64,000 nucleotides of DNA from an uncultured bacterium (GCA_964607485.1 CAZSKP010000004.1:64001-128000); one strand, 5' to 3'. Counted from the first letter of the stretch, positions 1-11,369 are shown. Program-made: numbers and translations. Notes: generated by a model not told the origin, from the sequence alone.

Positions 1-272
1 CCGACCAACTGATCCAAGCCGCGATCGAGGAATCCGTCGACGTGATCGGCCTCTCAATCTTCTCCGGAGGGCATATGATACTCATTCCCCGGATAATAAA
101 CGAATTGCGGAACAACGGTCTGGGAGACATACCCGTGATCGTCGGCGGGATCGTTCCTCCCGAGGATGCGGTTGAATTGAAGAGGCTTGGCGTAAAAGAG
201 GTGTTCGGTCCTGGACGTCCCACGTCCGAAATCGTCTCCGCCTTCCGCCAATGGGCGCAAACTCCTCAATAA
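1..272 (+). CDS. cobalamin-binding domain protein (methylmalonyl-CoA mutase C-terminal-domain type), 5' truncated by window edge
   Basis: Frame open from the window start: DQLIQAAIEESVDVIGLSIFSGGH...VIVGGIVPPEDAVELKRLGVKEVFGPG. Confidence 0.85.
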   Translation, partial: DQLIQAAIEESVDVIGLSIFSGGHMILIPRIINELRNNGLGDIPVIVGGIVPPEDAVELKRLGVKEVFGPGRPTSEIVSAFRQWAQTPQ

Positions 273-280
273 GTGCCGGC

Positions 281-490
281 GGTGAGCGGATTGCCGTGCT
301 GGGGGGCGTTGATATGGATTTGCTCGCCCGTGGATCCGAGCGGGATGTCAGAAAGCGCGTGCGCGAGATAATCGCCGTCTGTCCGCCGGGCGGCGGCTTC
401 ATGCTCGGGACGGGCAATAGCGTCCCAAGCGTCATTCATCGCGAGAACTTTCTTGCGATGCTCGATGAAGGCCTGAAGTGCGGATTCCGA
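281..490 (+). pseudogene. C-terminal fragment of a uroporphyrinogen decarboxylase (URO-D/MtaA) family gene
   Basis: ERIAVLGGVDMDLL...GGGFMLGTGNSVP...ENFLAML matches the last ~65 aa of the family (compare 23303-24478); no N-terminal part. Confidence 0.65.
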
Positions 491-539
491 CCCAAATCGA
501 CGAACCAAACAGATGCTCGAAGAGGATGCCGGAGGGAAG

Positions 540-2105
540 ATGATGATCGAAAGCAAGGAACTGCTTACTTATCAGGGTGTCGAGCACAAATCTCTCACGC
601 GACCCGATGATATCGCCACGGTCTGCGGAGCGCGGAGCCGGACGTGGGCCGAGCTCAACGAGCGCGCCAATCGCGTGGCCAACGGACTCCTGAACATGGG
701 GCTGAAAAAGGGCGACAAAGTGACCATACTGTCGTTCAATTGCACTGAGATGCTCGAGCTATTTGCCGGCCTGAACAAGGCGGGCCTTGTCATTGTAAAC
801 ATGAACTTCCGCAACGTCGGCAGGGAGATATCCTACCAGGTGAACGACTCCGACTCCAAAGCGTTCATACTGGGCGAGGAATTTATCGATCGCGTGTGGC
901 CGATTCGAAACCACCTCGAAAAGGTGGCTCCCGGCAATTACATCGTCATGGGAGAACAGACCCCCGAAGGGGCCGTCAACTATGAAGACCTGCTCGAGCG
1001 CGCCGACGGGGCCAACCCCGGCATAAAGGTCAGCGAAAACGATCCGAGCCTTATCATCTATACCTCCGGCACGACTGGCCATCCCAAGGGTGCCGTGCGC
1101 TCGCATCGAGGCGTGGTGCTGATGGGCCTGTTCGCTTGCGCGGAGTACGGATTTGGCGAGAACGATGTCAATCTCACCGCCGCCCCGCTTTTTCATTCGG
1201 CGCCCGCATTCTTCGCGAACACTCACCTCTACATCGGAGCGAAGGTGTGCGTTCTCAAGGTATTCGACCCCGTGGCGATACTGGAGACAATCGAGCGGGA
1301 AAGGGTCACAGACTTCTTCATGGCACCGACGATGTATGACCTTATCCTCTCGTTGCCCGATGAGGAAAGGAAGAAATACGACGTAAGCTCGGTGCGATGC
1401 GCGATATCCGCGGCGGCCCCTCTGCACACTGCCACCAAGGACGCGATCCTGGACTTTTTCAAAGGAGCTGACCTGCACGAATTCTACGGCGCGACCGAGA
1501 CCGGCATTGTGACAAACCTTCGCCCGCGCGATCAGCGCAGGAAGACCCGCTGCGTCGGCCAGTCGTTTCCCGGCACGGACATCAAGCTGCTCGACCCCGA
1601 CGGCAATGAGGTCAAGCAGGGCGAAGTGGGCGAAATTTACGCCTCTAATCCATTCCTCATGCAGGAGTACTATAAGAATCCCGACGCCACGGAAAAAGGC
1701 ACACACGGCCGCTACTTCTCGGTGGGCGACATGGCTCGCTGCGACGAGGAGGGATACTACTACATCGTCGACAGGCGGCAGGATATGATCATCAGCGGCG
1801 GATCGAACATATATCCCGCCGAAATCGAGGAGACGCTCCACTCGCACCCAAAGATCATGGAGGCGGCCGTGATCGGAGTTCCCAACGAGACTTGGGGCGA
1901 ATCGGTCAAGGCCATAGTTGTCCTGAAGCCCGGCGAGAGCGCCACTGAACAAGAAATCATCGAATACTGTAAGGCGAATGCCGCCGAGTATAAGAAACCA
2001 CGCTCGGTCGACTTCGTCGACGAACTGCCCCGTAATCCTTCAGGGAAGATTCTAAAAAGGACCCTCCGGGAACCATACTGGAAAGACAAGCAACAACAGG
2101 TGTAA
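540..2105 (+). CDS. acyl-CoA synthetase / AMP-binding enzyme
   Basis: YTSGTTGHPKG P-loop, YGATE, GD, SGKILK motifs. Confidence 0.92.
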   Translation: MMIESKELLTYQGVEHKSLTRPDDIATVCGARSRTWAELNERANRVANGLLNMGLKKGDKVTILSFNCTEMLELFAGLNKAGLVIVNMNFRNVGREISYQVNDSDSKAFILGEEFIDRVWPIRNHLEKVAPGNYIVMGEQTPEGAVNYEDLLERADGANPGIKVSENDPSLIIYTSGTTGHPKGAVRSHRGVVLMGLFACAEYGFGENDVNLTAAPLFHSAPAFFANTHLYIGAKVCVLKVFDPVAILETIERERVTDFFMAPTMYDLILSLPDEERKKYDVSSVRCAISAAAPLHTATKDAILDFFKGADLHEFYGATETGIVTNLRPRDQRRKTRCVGQSFPGTDIKLLDPDGNEVKQGEVGEIYASNPFLMQEYYKNPDATEKGTHGRYFSVGDMARCDEEGYYYIVDRRQDMIISGGSNIYPAEIEETLHSHPKIMEAAVIGVPNETWGESVKAIVVLKPGESATEQEIIEYCKANAAEYKKPRSVDFVDELPRNPSGKILKRTLREPYWKDKQQQV

Positions 2106-2257
2106 GCAGTGACTCCATCTGTCAAGCGATTCCATAAAGAAGTCGAAGCAATAGCACTGCTTCATCACGCCAACATTGTTCAAATCGGTGATATTGGAGA
2201 AGACTAGAATCTGCATTTCTTCACCAGTGGAAGGACCTTCAGAAAAGGAAAGGGATC

Positions 2258-3916
2258 ATGAGCTATCAAATGGTTAACGGTTGCCCTTCAACATCGGGAG
2301 ATGATTGCCAGCTGAATGTCATTTCTATCTTGAAAAGCGCATATAGGACCTATCCGGAAGTAGAAATCGTATCGAGAAAAATGGATGGCACGATCTTTCG
2401 TTACAACTATAAGCAGGCATACGAAAGGATACAAAAACTGGCCAACGCCCTCAGAAATCTTGGGGTAAAGCCCGGCGACCGCATCGGTGTGATGGAATGG
2501 AATACTTACAGATTCTTTGAACTCTATTTTGCCATCTCGGGCATCGGTGCAGTCGTACTGCAGATGAACCTGCGGCTTTCACCCGACGACCTCGCTTACG
2601 TGATGAATCACAGCGAGGCCAAACTGATGGTCTCAGGGGATTCCCTGCTTCCCGTGGCTGAGGCCATCTCCGACAAATTGAAGACAGTCGAAGGGTGTAT
2701 TGTCATTACCGACAAGAACCTCGACGAAATCAAGACCAATCTGAAACCCATATACAGCTATGAGACGCTGCTTGAGAACGAGGAGGCGAACTATGATTGG
2801 CCGATGATCGATGAAAGGTCGGCCTACAGCGCCTGCTACACTACCGGGACAACGGGAAAGCCAAAGGGCGTGTATTACTCACATCGGTGCGCTTATCTCC
2901 ATACCATGGCCGTAGCACTGAATTTCAGAATATGCCTGGAAGACGTAATGATGCAAATAGCACCCATGTTCCACGCTGCCGGATGGGGATTATGGCTTTG
3001 TGCCCCTATGGCAGGCGCAAAAATTGTTTTTCCAGGAAGATATACAATGGACCATACGGAAACACTCGTTGATCTCATGCTGGCCGAAGGAGTAACTTGT
3101 ACCAACGGCGCGCCTGCCATCTTTATGCCGATGTTCGAACACATCAGCAAGCTGCCCGAGAAGCCTGCCTTCAGAGGACTTCGAATGATTTCCGGAGCAA
3201 CGGAACCTCCCCTGTCGATGATGCAGGGTTATTCAGAGCTGGGAGCGCAAATCGTGCACGCGTACGGAGCGACAGAAACAGGGCCTCTCGCACTGGTCAA
3301 CCAATTCAAGCCAAGCATCAAGGGATGGTCAAAGGAACAAGGGTGGGAAAACCAGAAGAAACAGGGGTTGCCGGCGGCAGGGCTCGACGTGAAGATTGTG
3401 GATGCCGAAGGTAAAGATGTGCCGCCTGATGGAAAGACGGTAGGTGAGGTCTACGTGAGGGGACCCTGGATCACATCCTCTTATTACAATGACCCACGAA
3501 CCAAGGAATGCTTCGTTGATGGGTACTGGAAGAGCGGCGATGCCGCCACGATTGATGAACACGGATATATCAAGGTTACCGATAGGTTCAAGGACATCAT
3601 CAAGAGTGGTGGCGAGTGGATATCTTCCATCGATTTGGAGAATGCCATCGTTGCGCACAAGGACGTGCTGGAAGCCTCCGTAATCGGGTTGGCTCATCCG
3701 AAATGGCAGGAGAGGCCGCTGGCGCTCGTAGTTTTGAAAGATGAGGCAAAGGGAAAAGTCACAAAGCAAGATATCATCGATTCCTTAAGAAATAGATTTG
3801 CGAAATGGCAGTTGCCTGACGAGCTTCTCATTGTTGAGAAAATACCCAAGACCAGCGTTGGGAAATGTGATAAGAAGGTCCTGCGCGAGCAATATAAGAG
3901 TCTGTATACAACATGA
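2258..3916 (+). CDS. medium/long-chain fatty-acid--CoA ligase
   Basis: YTTGTTGKPKG, YGATE, SGD, KSGGEWISS, KTSVGK motifs. Confidence 0.92.
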   Translation: MSYQMVNGCPSTSGDDCQLNVISILKSAYRTYPEVEIVSRKMDGTIFRYNYKQAYERIQKLANALRNLGVKPGDRIGVMEWNTYRFFELYFAISGIGAVVLQMNLRLSPDDLAYVMNHSEAKLMVSGDSLLPVAEAISDKLKTVEGCIVITDKNLDEIKTNLKPIYSYETLLENEEANYDWPMIDERSAYSACYTTGTTGKPKGVYYSHRCAYLHTMAVALNFRICLEDVMMQIAPMFHAAGWGLWLCAPMAGAKIVFPGRYTMDHTETLVDLMLAEGVTCTNGAPAIFMPMFEHISKLPEKPAFRGLRMISGATEPPLSMMQGYSELGAQIVHAYGATETGPLALVNQFKPSIKGWSKEQGWENQKKQGLPAAGLDVKIVDAEGKDVPPDGKTVGEVYVRGPWITSSYYNDPRTKECFVDGYWKSGDAATIDEHGYIKVTDRFKDIIKSGGEWISSIDLENAIVAHKDVLEASVIGLAHPKWQERPLALVVLKDEAKGKVTKQDIIDSLRNRFAKWQLPDELLIVEKIPKTSVGKCDKKVLREQYKSLYTT

Positions 3917-3963
3917 TGGTTTCCAATGCCGGTTCGGTTTGAATTTCTGACGGGAGACAGGCG

Positions 3964-4770
3964 ATGAAGGTCATTTACGAAAAACGCGGTAAGATTGCTT
4001 ATGTAACACTCAATCGACCGGAAGCAATGAACGCGATTGATCTGGAAATGCACGAATTATTATGGGAGACCTGGAAAGATTTCCGCGACGATGACGCGCT
4101 TGAGCTGGCGATTGTCACAGGCGCAGGAGACGAAGCCTTCAGCGCCGGGGCAGACCTCAAGACGCACGCCCCCTATTGGCTCGAGCATGCCAATGCGATG
4201 TTTCCGAGGGAAAAGATCAAAGACGGTATTGGTGGAATCACCCGCGGCCTTCATCGCATCTATAAGCCTATCATCGCCGCGGTGAACGGCTGGGCGTTGG
4301 CAGGAGGCCTTGAATATGCTCTGGCGTGTGATATCCGCATCGCTTCGGAGAATGCCAAATTCGGCTCTTTCGAAGTCAGGCGGGGCTACCATCATGGTGA
4401 CGGAGGAATTGTTCGCCTAGTTAATATCTGTGGTGTCGGTGTTGCTCTGGAAATGTTATTGACTGCAGAACCCATCGACGCCCAAAGGGCATTGCAGGCC
4501 AACATGGTATCGAGAGTTGTAGCCCACGACAAATTGATGGAAGAAGCAGAGAAGGTGGCGGCGACAGTTCTGCGGAACGATACGTGGGCAATCCGTTCGG
4601 CGAAGGAGACAATCCTGAACGTCATTGGGCGTCAGCTCGACGACCAGTTGACCTACGAGGCCCTGGCGGGCTATAGCGGCGCGGCGAACCCGAGAATCCC
4701 CGAATTATTGAAGGCGTTCTACCACAAGGCCGATAAGGGACGAGCCGGCAAACACAAAACGAATCTATAG
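3964..4770 (+). CDS. enoyl-CoA hydratase/isomerase family protein
   Basis: LNRPEAMNA, AFSAGADL, KPIIAAVNGWALAGGLE crotonase motifs. Confidence 0.92.
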   Translation: MKVIYEKRGKIAYVTLNRPEAMNAIDLEMHELLWETWKDFRDDDALELAIVTGAGDEAFSAGADLKTHAPYWLEHANAMFPREKIKDGIGGITRGLHRIYKPIIAAVNGWALAGGLEYALACDIRIASENAKFGSFEVRRGYHHGDGGIVRLVNICGVGVALEMLLTAEPIDAQRALQANMVSRVVAHDKLMEEAEKVAATVLRNDTWAIRSAKETILNVIGRQLDDQLTYEALAGYSGAANPRIPELLKAFYHKADKGRAGKHKTNL

Positions 4771-4811
4771 AAACCCTGCTTGTCTCATTGGCGCCTCCTG
4801 GAGAAAGGATC

Positions 4812-6011
4812 ATGAGCCCTAAAGAGCGATTGAGGGCGGCGCTGCGCGGAAGAAAGACCGACGTAGTGCCGGCCGCTCCGAGCTATCTGGGCCTGTTCCG
4901 GGCGGCGGCTGAGAAGCGTTACTATGTGGAGCGCTATCGGGAACGAACGCGAGGGATGAAGCGTTACCATCCTGACCACGAGGAAGATGTCGTATTCAGG
5001 GCAGAGGCGCTTCGCCGCGCTTACGACATGTTCAGCGAAAAACCGGACTGGATCGAAGTGGCGCCGGGACCCGCTCGGGATTGGGCCGCCCGAACGGAGA
5101 TCATCAACGAAGATTCCAGGCTCTGGTATCTCGATACTGTCACCGGCGACCGGCGCGATATGCTGGCCTCTCAATTGCCTTCGGGCAGAGACTACCTCTA
5201 CGGCAACATCCCGACGGATGAGCAGGATGTCTGGGATCAGTCAGAGCTCATCCAGAACAGAGATGTCATAGACATGCTCGTAAGGCTCGTGCCCCTCGAG
5301 GAGCTCGAGGATCAGGGCGTATTCGACCTCCCATGCAGGGTTATCCGGGAAAGAGGCGACACGTTCTTCGTAGTGGCTCTGGACAGCACTCCATATACGG
5401 CATCCTTTCTGCTTGGTTTTCAGGGTTTGATGCTCGCGTTCCACGACAATCCGGCCAACCTGAAGTATTTCATCGAGCGAATCCTCGAACAACGCAAGCC
5501 GATCCTGGAGGGATACGCCAAAGCGGGGTATGATGGGCTGTATGTCGAGGAGATCTTCAGCGGTGCCGACATTATATCGCCGGAGTTCTACGATGCCTTT
5601 GTGCTGCCGTGCAACGTCGAATACTTCCGAATCGCGAGAGAACTTGGGCTGTTGACCGTGTACTACTTGTGCGGCAATCCTGTGCCTCTGATTCCGAAGC
5701 TGACGCAACTCTCATGTGATGCGCTGGCATTCGAGGAGAGCAAAAAGAACCTTGTACTCGAAATCGAGGATATCGTTAAGTGGGTTGGTAAGCAGAAATG
5801 CATCTTCGGCAACATTGACGCCGTTCATTTCGGCCTGTATGCGGATCCGGCGCAAGTTAGAGTCGAAGTCAAGCGGCAGATACGGGCGGGATTGAAGGCA
5901 AAGGGCTTTGTTGTGAGCATCGGCAGCCCGTGGCCGGTCGAGACGCCGCTAGAGAATATCAACGCGCTGGTTGTCGCTGCGCACGCGCACGGCATGCTAT
6001 CGAGGACATAA
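4812..6011 (+). CDS. uroporphyrinogen decarboxylase (URO-D/MtaA-CmuA) family protein
   Basis: MSPKERL N-terminus, IISPEFYDAFVLP, YxCG, FGNID, PLENINAL. Confidence 0.75.
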   Translation: MSPKERLRAALRGRKTDVVPAAPSYLGLFRAAAEKRYYVERYRERTRGMKRYHPDHEEDVVFRAEALRRAYDMFSEKPDWIEVAPGPARDWAARTEIINEDSRLWYLDTVTGDRRDMLASQLPSGRDYLYGNIPTDEQDVWDQSELIQNRDVIDMLVRLVPLEELEDQGVFDLPCRVIRERGDTFFVVALDSTPYTASFLLGFQGLMLAFHDNPANLKYFIERILEQRKPILEGYAKAGYDGLYVEEIFSGADIISPEFYDAFVLPCNVEYFRIARELGLLTVYYLCGNPVPLIPKLTQLSCDALAFEESKKNLVLEIEDIVKWVGKQKCIFGNIDAVHFGLYADPAQVRVEVKRQIRAGLKAKGFVVSIGSPWPVETPLENINALVVAAHAHGMLSRT

Positions 6012-6317
6012 TGCTACGCTCATGGCGCCCCATCATCTGAAGAAATGGGTATTATGTCCCGACCTGTTAACACATCATATCGGCACGATGCAAGAGGTTG
6101 AATCAGATTGAGGAACCAGACCAATCCCTCGCGGCATAGGCAAGTGTGTGTAGCCCTGGACCACACCGAACACCCTGGAATGAGGATCCCAACCTTCTAA
6201 TGCTTCAAGTATCTATCCTATCACGAGCAGGGAATTTTACATGGCATGTGGTATCATAGGTCTCTTGATCCGAAATACAATAGCAGGTGATTAAGTGATA
6301 TTCTCCTTGAACACCCT

Positions 6318-7601
6318 ATGACCGAACCGATAAGCGAATCCAAGAGTTGGTCGTACCTTTCGCAGTTGAGCATCAACTATTTTGGCTGGATCTTCTGTTG
6401 GTTCATTGCCACAGCCTACATAGTTCCTAATGTGCTGCTGGGAATGGTCGATAATTCCGTAAAGAACTCTCGCCTGGGCTTGATGACGGGAGTGTCGAAT
6501 ATATTTTTGCTTATTCTCCTTCCTCTCGTCGGAACGATGAGCGACCGATCACGGTCAAAACTGGGGCGTCGGCGGCCGTTTTACCTGTCGGCGGCTCTCT
6601 CCGTTTCCGTTCTCACTCTTCTGCTTGTTCCTTCTCGATATTATCCCGTTCTGTTTCTTCTGCTCTTCCTGATGCACGGAGGAGAGGCGTGTTGGTATAC
6701 GAATTATGCGCTTATCCGCGATGTCGTTCCGATGCAGCGCCGCGGCCGCATCTCCGGCCTTATAAACATAACGAGCACGCTGGGACTCTTGCTTGCCCAT
6801 GCGGTGTCGCCCCATTTCATTACAGCGGGTCACGTGATGAGTTTGGCATTGATTGCCGCTTCGGCCAACACCTTATGCAGCCTGTGGGTCGCCCTAAGGA
6901 TAAGAGAACAGGCGCCGGCCAATCTGCCTCCTCGAATCGGTTCCTGGAAAGAGGTCTATCTCCCGAAACTGGAGGGCTCGAGCGGCCTGGGCTGGCTCGC
7001 AGCGGTGAACTTGTTCACTCAGATGGGGACAGTCGCGATGACCTGCTTCCTTTTATACTTCATCAAGGATCACATCGACCCGGAGCATTTCAATGAGACT
7101 TTCCGCAATGTTAATCTGATCGGGACGACTGTGGCGGTCTTTTCGGCGATTGCAGCAGGATGGATAGCCGACCGATTCGGAAGAAAACGGGTCCTGTTCG
7201 TCGCATGTCTTCTTCAAGTTGTTTCCATGGTCAATTTTCTGGTCTTTCCCTGGGTTCATTCCACGCTCTACGCGACCGGGCTGCTCTACGGGTTGGGCAA
7301 TGCAGCATATTGGAGCCTGTACTGGACACTATTGTCTGATTTGGTTCCCGAAGGTGAGACCAGCAAATACATCGGACTGATTCAGTACACCTCCATGATT
7401 CCTTGGGCAGTTGTGCCACCGACACTGGGCGCAATTGTGGACGGTTTCGGGGCAGCATCCGGCCGAGGGTACCATATACTGTTCATTGTGATAGTGATTC
7501 TGTTGACGACGGGAATGATGCTGATTCGAGGAATTCCGGAAACACTGAAAGCGGATTCTAAAGTTGCTGCCGCAGAGGCGTCCTCACGCGGCGCAGATTG
7601 A
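6318..7601 (+). CDS. MFS transporter
   Basis: About 12 hydrophobic segments; GTMSDRSRSKLGRRRP and GWIADRFGRKR motif A. Confidence 0.9.
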   Translation: MTEPISESKSWSYLSQLSINYFGWIFCWFIATAYIVPNVLLGMVDNSVKNSRLGLMTGVSNIFLLILLPLVGTMSDRSRSKLGRRRPFYLSAALSVSVLTLLLVPSRYYPVLFLLLFLMHGGEACWYTNYALIRDVVPMQRRGRISGLINITSTLGLLLAHAVSPHFITAGHVMSLALIAASANTLCSLWVALRIREQAPANLPPRIGSWKEVYLPKLEGSSGLGWLAAVNLFTQMGTVAMTCFLLYFIKDHIDPEHFNETFRNVNLIGTTVAVFSAIAAGWIADRFGRKRVLFVACLLQVVSMVNFLVFPWVHSTLYATGLLYGLGNAAYWSLYWTLLSDLVPEGETSKYIGLIQYTSMIPWAVVPPTLGAIVDGFGAASGRGYHILFIVIVILLTTGMMLIRGIPETLKADSKVAAAEASSRGAD

Positions 7602-7628
7602 ACGATGAGAGCTACGAGTTGGCACATA

Positions 7629-7727
7629 CCTTCACTGTTTTGAAGCAACGAAGAGTCAACCTTCCACCTATCCGATTCTTCAAGTATCGCTCTCAGAGAC
7701 TGCACACTTCGTCTTCTATTCTGCACT
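7629..7727 (+). repeat. intergenic repeat family, copy A
   Basis: CCTTCACT..AGTCAACCTTCCACCTATCCGATTCTTCAAGTATCGCTCTCAGAGACTGCA-CACTT-CGTCTTCTATTCTGCACT. Confidence 0.85.
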
Positions 7728-7896
7728 CATCTCCCAAACTCCTATTCTCCAGTAAGCATTTCTGGAAATGGAGAATATTTCTCTCTTCAAGGAAGAATCC
7801 CAGCTTCTTGTCGATGCCCCCTGGTCGTGAAAAACCCGCCGCTTTCTGATATACTGATTTTTCCGAGATACCCAGATGTGAAACGAAAAGAAAGGA

Positions 7897-10158
7897 ATGT
7901 TATCCACAATGGCAGAAAGAAAAGAAGACAGGCTCGCTCACGGTAAATCACGTAGGAAGTTCTCTACTGTTGGCGTGATCGCACTGGCTATCGCTGCCCT
8001 GGCGTTGTGTTCAACCCAATCAGCCATGGCGGGCGACATCCCTGGAACCGGTAAGGACGCGGGGAAGACAGTAGTGTATCGCGACACGTGGGGCGTGCCT
8101 CATATCTTTGCGCCGACCGTCGAGGCGGGCGCGTACGCCATTGGCTGGGCCCAGGCGGAAGATAGACCGGAGGAACTCCTCAAAAATTTCCTTCGAGCCA
8201 TGGGTGAAGACGCAAAGGTTGAAGGCCCGGCATGGATCAAGTCGGATCTGGTGATGCGTGCGTGGAGGAACTACGAAGTCTCCAAAGAAAACGCTCACCG
8301 CATCCGGCCTGAAGTGCGTAAGATGCAGCAGGCCTGCGTCCGCGGCATCAACGATTATTATGCTGCGCATCCGGAGGATGTTCCGGAATGGTGGGGAACG
8401 CGCAAGGTCGATGAATACATGATGATCGCGTTTGGCCGATTATTTCTCTATAATTGGTCTTTTGAGCAGGCGTTTGCCGATTTGGCCAGGGGCGGCATAG
8501 AACCCGGCATAGAGCCGATAAAGCATGGCTCGAACGAGTTCGCCGTCTCACCCGCCAGGAGCGCAGAGGGAGCGGCGATTCTTGCTATCGATCCGCATCT
8601 TTCGTGGTGGGGTTTGACTCGCTTCTGGGAGTTCCGCATTCATGCAGGCGAGCTCAACGGAAGCGGCTTCACTCTGCCCGGTTTTCCGAACATTGGGCTC
8701 GGCCATACCGACTATCTCGCCTGGGCGATGACCACCGGTGGGCCCGATACTGCCGATGTGTATGAACTCACCCTCAACGCGAATAACCCCTCGAAATATC
8801 TCTACGACGGCGAATGGAGGCAGATGACTTCACGTGACATAACGATAGAAGTGAAAGGAATGGAACCACAGCATTTCAGGGTCTACTACTCGCACTATGG
8901 CCCTGTCGTGGCCCAGAAGAACGGTAAAGCCTATGCCGCGAAAACCGCCTACGCCGATTGTGTCCAGGCGGGTGAGGCATGGTATGAACTGAACTTCGCA
9001 AAAGATTATCGGGGTCTTATCGCCGCGGCGGACACACTCCAGCTCTACCCGCAGAACGTCATGGTCGCCGATACCTCCGGCAATATTTTCTATGAGCGCG
9101 TGGGGCGCGTGCCCCGCCGGCCGGCGGGATTCGACTGGTCGCGGCCGGTCAACGGATCGACATCGGCGACCGAATGGCAAGGGTTTCATCCGGCCTCTGA
9201 CTTTGTTCAGATACTCAATCCGTCGCAAGGATACATGCAGAACTGCAACGTTCCGCCTGATGTGATGATGGTCGGCAGTCCCCTCACGCCCGGGAAGACG
9301 CTGCCCTACCTGTATGGCGACCTGATCTACGGTCCGCTCAGTGGCTGGATAACTTCACGCGGTGCCCGGGCGGTCGAGCTGCTTCAAGCCGACGACTCGG
9401 TGACTGCGCAAGAAGCCAAATCATATATTCTGGATGTTCGCCCGGCCGGTATTGATCGATGGCTTGAGGTCTTGAGGAACGCGGACGCAAAATTCGGTGC
9501 AGCGCATAAGGACGACAGCGATTACGTGGCAGGCATCAAAGAAATGAAAGCCTGGAATGGCGAGCTTCGGCGCGATTCATCAGCCGCCTTGAAGTACTAC
9601 TATTGGAAGAAGCAGCTCTTCGAGGATTACGGAACCGATCCTTCGGCAATTGAATTGGCCGGGCGCATCGATGACCTGCTTGGCTCAGTGGGTGCTCCCG
9701 CTCCAGAATTGAATTTGACGGACGACCAGCTTGCGGCCCTCGCCGACGCCTTTGCCTCGGCCATGGCAAGCCTGAAGGCCGACATGGGCTCGCTCGACGC
9801 GAAATATGGCGACATGTTCCGCGTGGGGCGAGACGACAAGTCCTGGCCTGTAGGCGGTGGAGGTCCCAATAATCTGGGTATGCGAACGCTCCGTAACGTG
9901 GAATATGGACCCGAACGGCCAGACCATACTCGCTGGGGCAGTGGTGGCCAGACCTCAACGCAGATCGTCGTCATGAGCAAACCCGTGAGGAGCTGGACCG
10001 CTGTACCGATTGGGCAAAGCGACCGACCGGAGTCGCCGCATTACAACGATCAGGCCGAAAAGCTCTTCAGCAAGCGCACGCTGAAACCCACGTGGTACGA
10101 CCCTGAAGAGCTGGCAGGCCACATAGAATCACGCACCGTTCTCGACCGGGCACCTTAA
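7897..10158 (+). CDS. penicillin acylase family (Ntn-hydrolase) secreted amidase
   Basis: Signal peptide, YRDTWGVPHI, GWAQAEDR, GSNEFAV nucleophile Ser, DPHL, GQS..PESPHYNDQ; start uncertain. Confidence 0.9.
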   Translation: MLSTMAERKEDRLAHGKSRRKFSTVGVIALAIAALALCSTQSAMAGDIPGTGKDAGKTVVYRDTWGVPHIFAPTVEAGAYAIGWAQAEDRPEELLKNFLRAMGEDAKVEGPAWIKSDLVMRAWRNYEVSKENAHRIRPEVRKMQQACVRGINDYYAAHPEDVPEWWGTRKVDEYMMIAFGRLFLYNWSFEQAFADLARGGIEPGIEPIKHGSNEFAVSPARSAEGAAILAIDPHLSWWGLTRFWEFRIHAGELNGSGFTLPGFPNIGLGHTDYLAWAMTTGGPDTADVYELTLNANNPSKYLYDGEWRQMTSRDITIEVKGMEPQHFRVYYSHYGPVVAQKNGKAYAAKTAYADCVQAGEAWYELNFAKDYRGLIAAADTLQLYPQNVMVADTSGNIFYERVGRVPRRPAGFDWSRPVNGSTSATEWQGFHPASDFVQILNPSQGYMQNCNVPPDVMMVGSPLTPGKTLPYLYGDLIYGPLSGWITSRGARAVELLQADDSVTAQEAKSYILDVRPAGIDRWLEVLRNADAKFGAAHKDDSDYVAGIKEMKAWNGELRRDSSAALKYYYWKKQLFEDYGTDPSAIELAGRIDDLLGSVGAPAPELNLTDDQLAALADAFASAMASLKADMGSLDAKYGDMFRVGRDDKSWPVGGGGPNNLGMRTLRNVEYGPERPDHTRWGSGGQTSTQIVVMSKPVRSWTAVPIGQSDRPESPHYNDQAEKLFSKRTLKPTWYDPEELAGHIESRTVLDRAP

Positions 10159-10340
10159 TATGATCGCGTTCAGCCTGATGCGGGATGCGAAGATGCTCCG
10201 GCTTCTGGTGGGCAAGAATCCCGTCCTGCAGATAATCGCGCTGCAGAAGGTATGGGATAGATCAGCGATATGCGAGAAGATTTGTATTTTCATATGGGGT
10301 GCAGGGCCGAATTCATTCGGCCACACGACCCCCGAGCGGC

Positions 10341-11369
10341 CTAAATGAACGTCAGCATCCTCGCAGGATTTCCAACCGTTATCGCGTCGATATCCTGATT
10401 GCTCATTCCCTTGCGCTTCATGATGGGAAGCACGCTGTCGAGTATGTGATTATACCCCTCCCCGCCGTATTTCGCCAATTGCGTCTTGTGGCAGACATCC
10501 ATCGATACGAGTATTTTGTCACCGTACCCTCTTTCAATGAGATTGATGATGTAATCGACCCGTCCCGCATCATTCGGCATGTCGATATCCGAAAGCGGAT
10601 AGTAGCTTGCCTCCTGGCCAAAGAGATCGAACTCAATATAGCATCCGGTTTCGGCCAGCCTGAGCATATCGTTCAGTTTCAGGAGTGTCCGCTCCACATG
10701 ACTCATAATCGTTCGTTCCGGATCACCTCCGGCGTCCTTGACAATGCGGATCGCATCGAGAGGCGCCTCCTCGGAGCGCCCGGGATGAATGTTGAGAGCT
10801 GCGCCTGATTGCGTCTGAGCCATGGCGCCGGCGCGAAGAACTCTAACCTCATTGTCATATGCCGGCCAATCCAGCGCTATCTCACCGATGATGCCGGCCT
10901 TTATCCCTGTTCCGTCTGCACCGCGGGTGATTTCGTTCAAGAAAATCCCGGCGATATCCTCTTCCGAGAGATTTGCTATGTCGGGCGGATGAAAGGCGGC
11001 GTTGTAGTAACTCGTTCCCATGACGACATGGACGCCTGCGGCACGCGATATGCGCGCATATGCCTCAGGGTCGCGGCCGGTACCGATGGGACTCAGCTCA
11101 ACAACCGTTGCGCCGCCCGATGCCTTGAAGCGCTTCAATTCTTCAATGGCATCTGTCTCGCTGTCGAGGCTCAAGTTGTACGGATTGCTGAGCCAGTTGC
11201 GTCGAAAATAGCCGACATTCTCGAGCGTTATCGGTTCACCTTTGTATTCTTCACGCAACGTTTCAGGAATCAAGTTAACGAGGAGATGCTCGTGGGTCTG
11301 CGTAAAGCCCAGTTCCTCTGGCCCGATAACGCCCAGAACCGTCTGTACTTTTCCCGTCAATTCTTCCAT
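10341..11369 (-). CDS. phosphotriesterase-related amidohydrolase
   Basis: VQTVLGVI, THEHL, IKAGIIGEI, IHPG, MSHVE, NPARML. Confidence 0.9.
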   Translation of the reverse strand: MEELTGKVQTVLGVIGPEELGFTQTHEHLLVNLIPETLREEYKGEPITLENVGYFRRNWLSNPYNLSLDSETDAIEELKRFKASGGATVVELSPIGTGRDPEAYARISRAAGVHVVMGTSYYNAAFHPPDIANLSEEDIAGIFLNEITRGADGTGIKAGIIGEIALDWPAYDNEVRVLRAGAMAQTQSGAALNIHPGRSEEAPLDAIRIVKDAGGDPERTIMSHVERTLLKLNDMLRLAETGCYIEFDLFGQEASYYPLSDIDMPNDAGRVDYIINLIERGYGDKILVSMDVCHKTQLAKYGGEGYNHILDSVLPIMKRKGMSNQDIDAITVGNPARMLTFI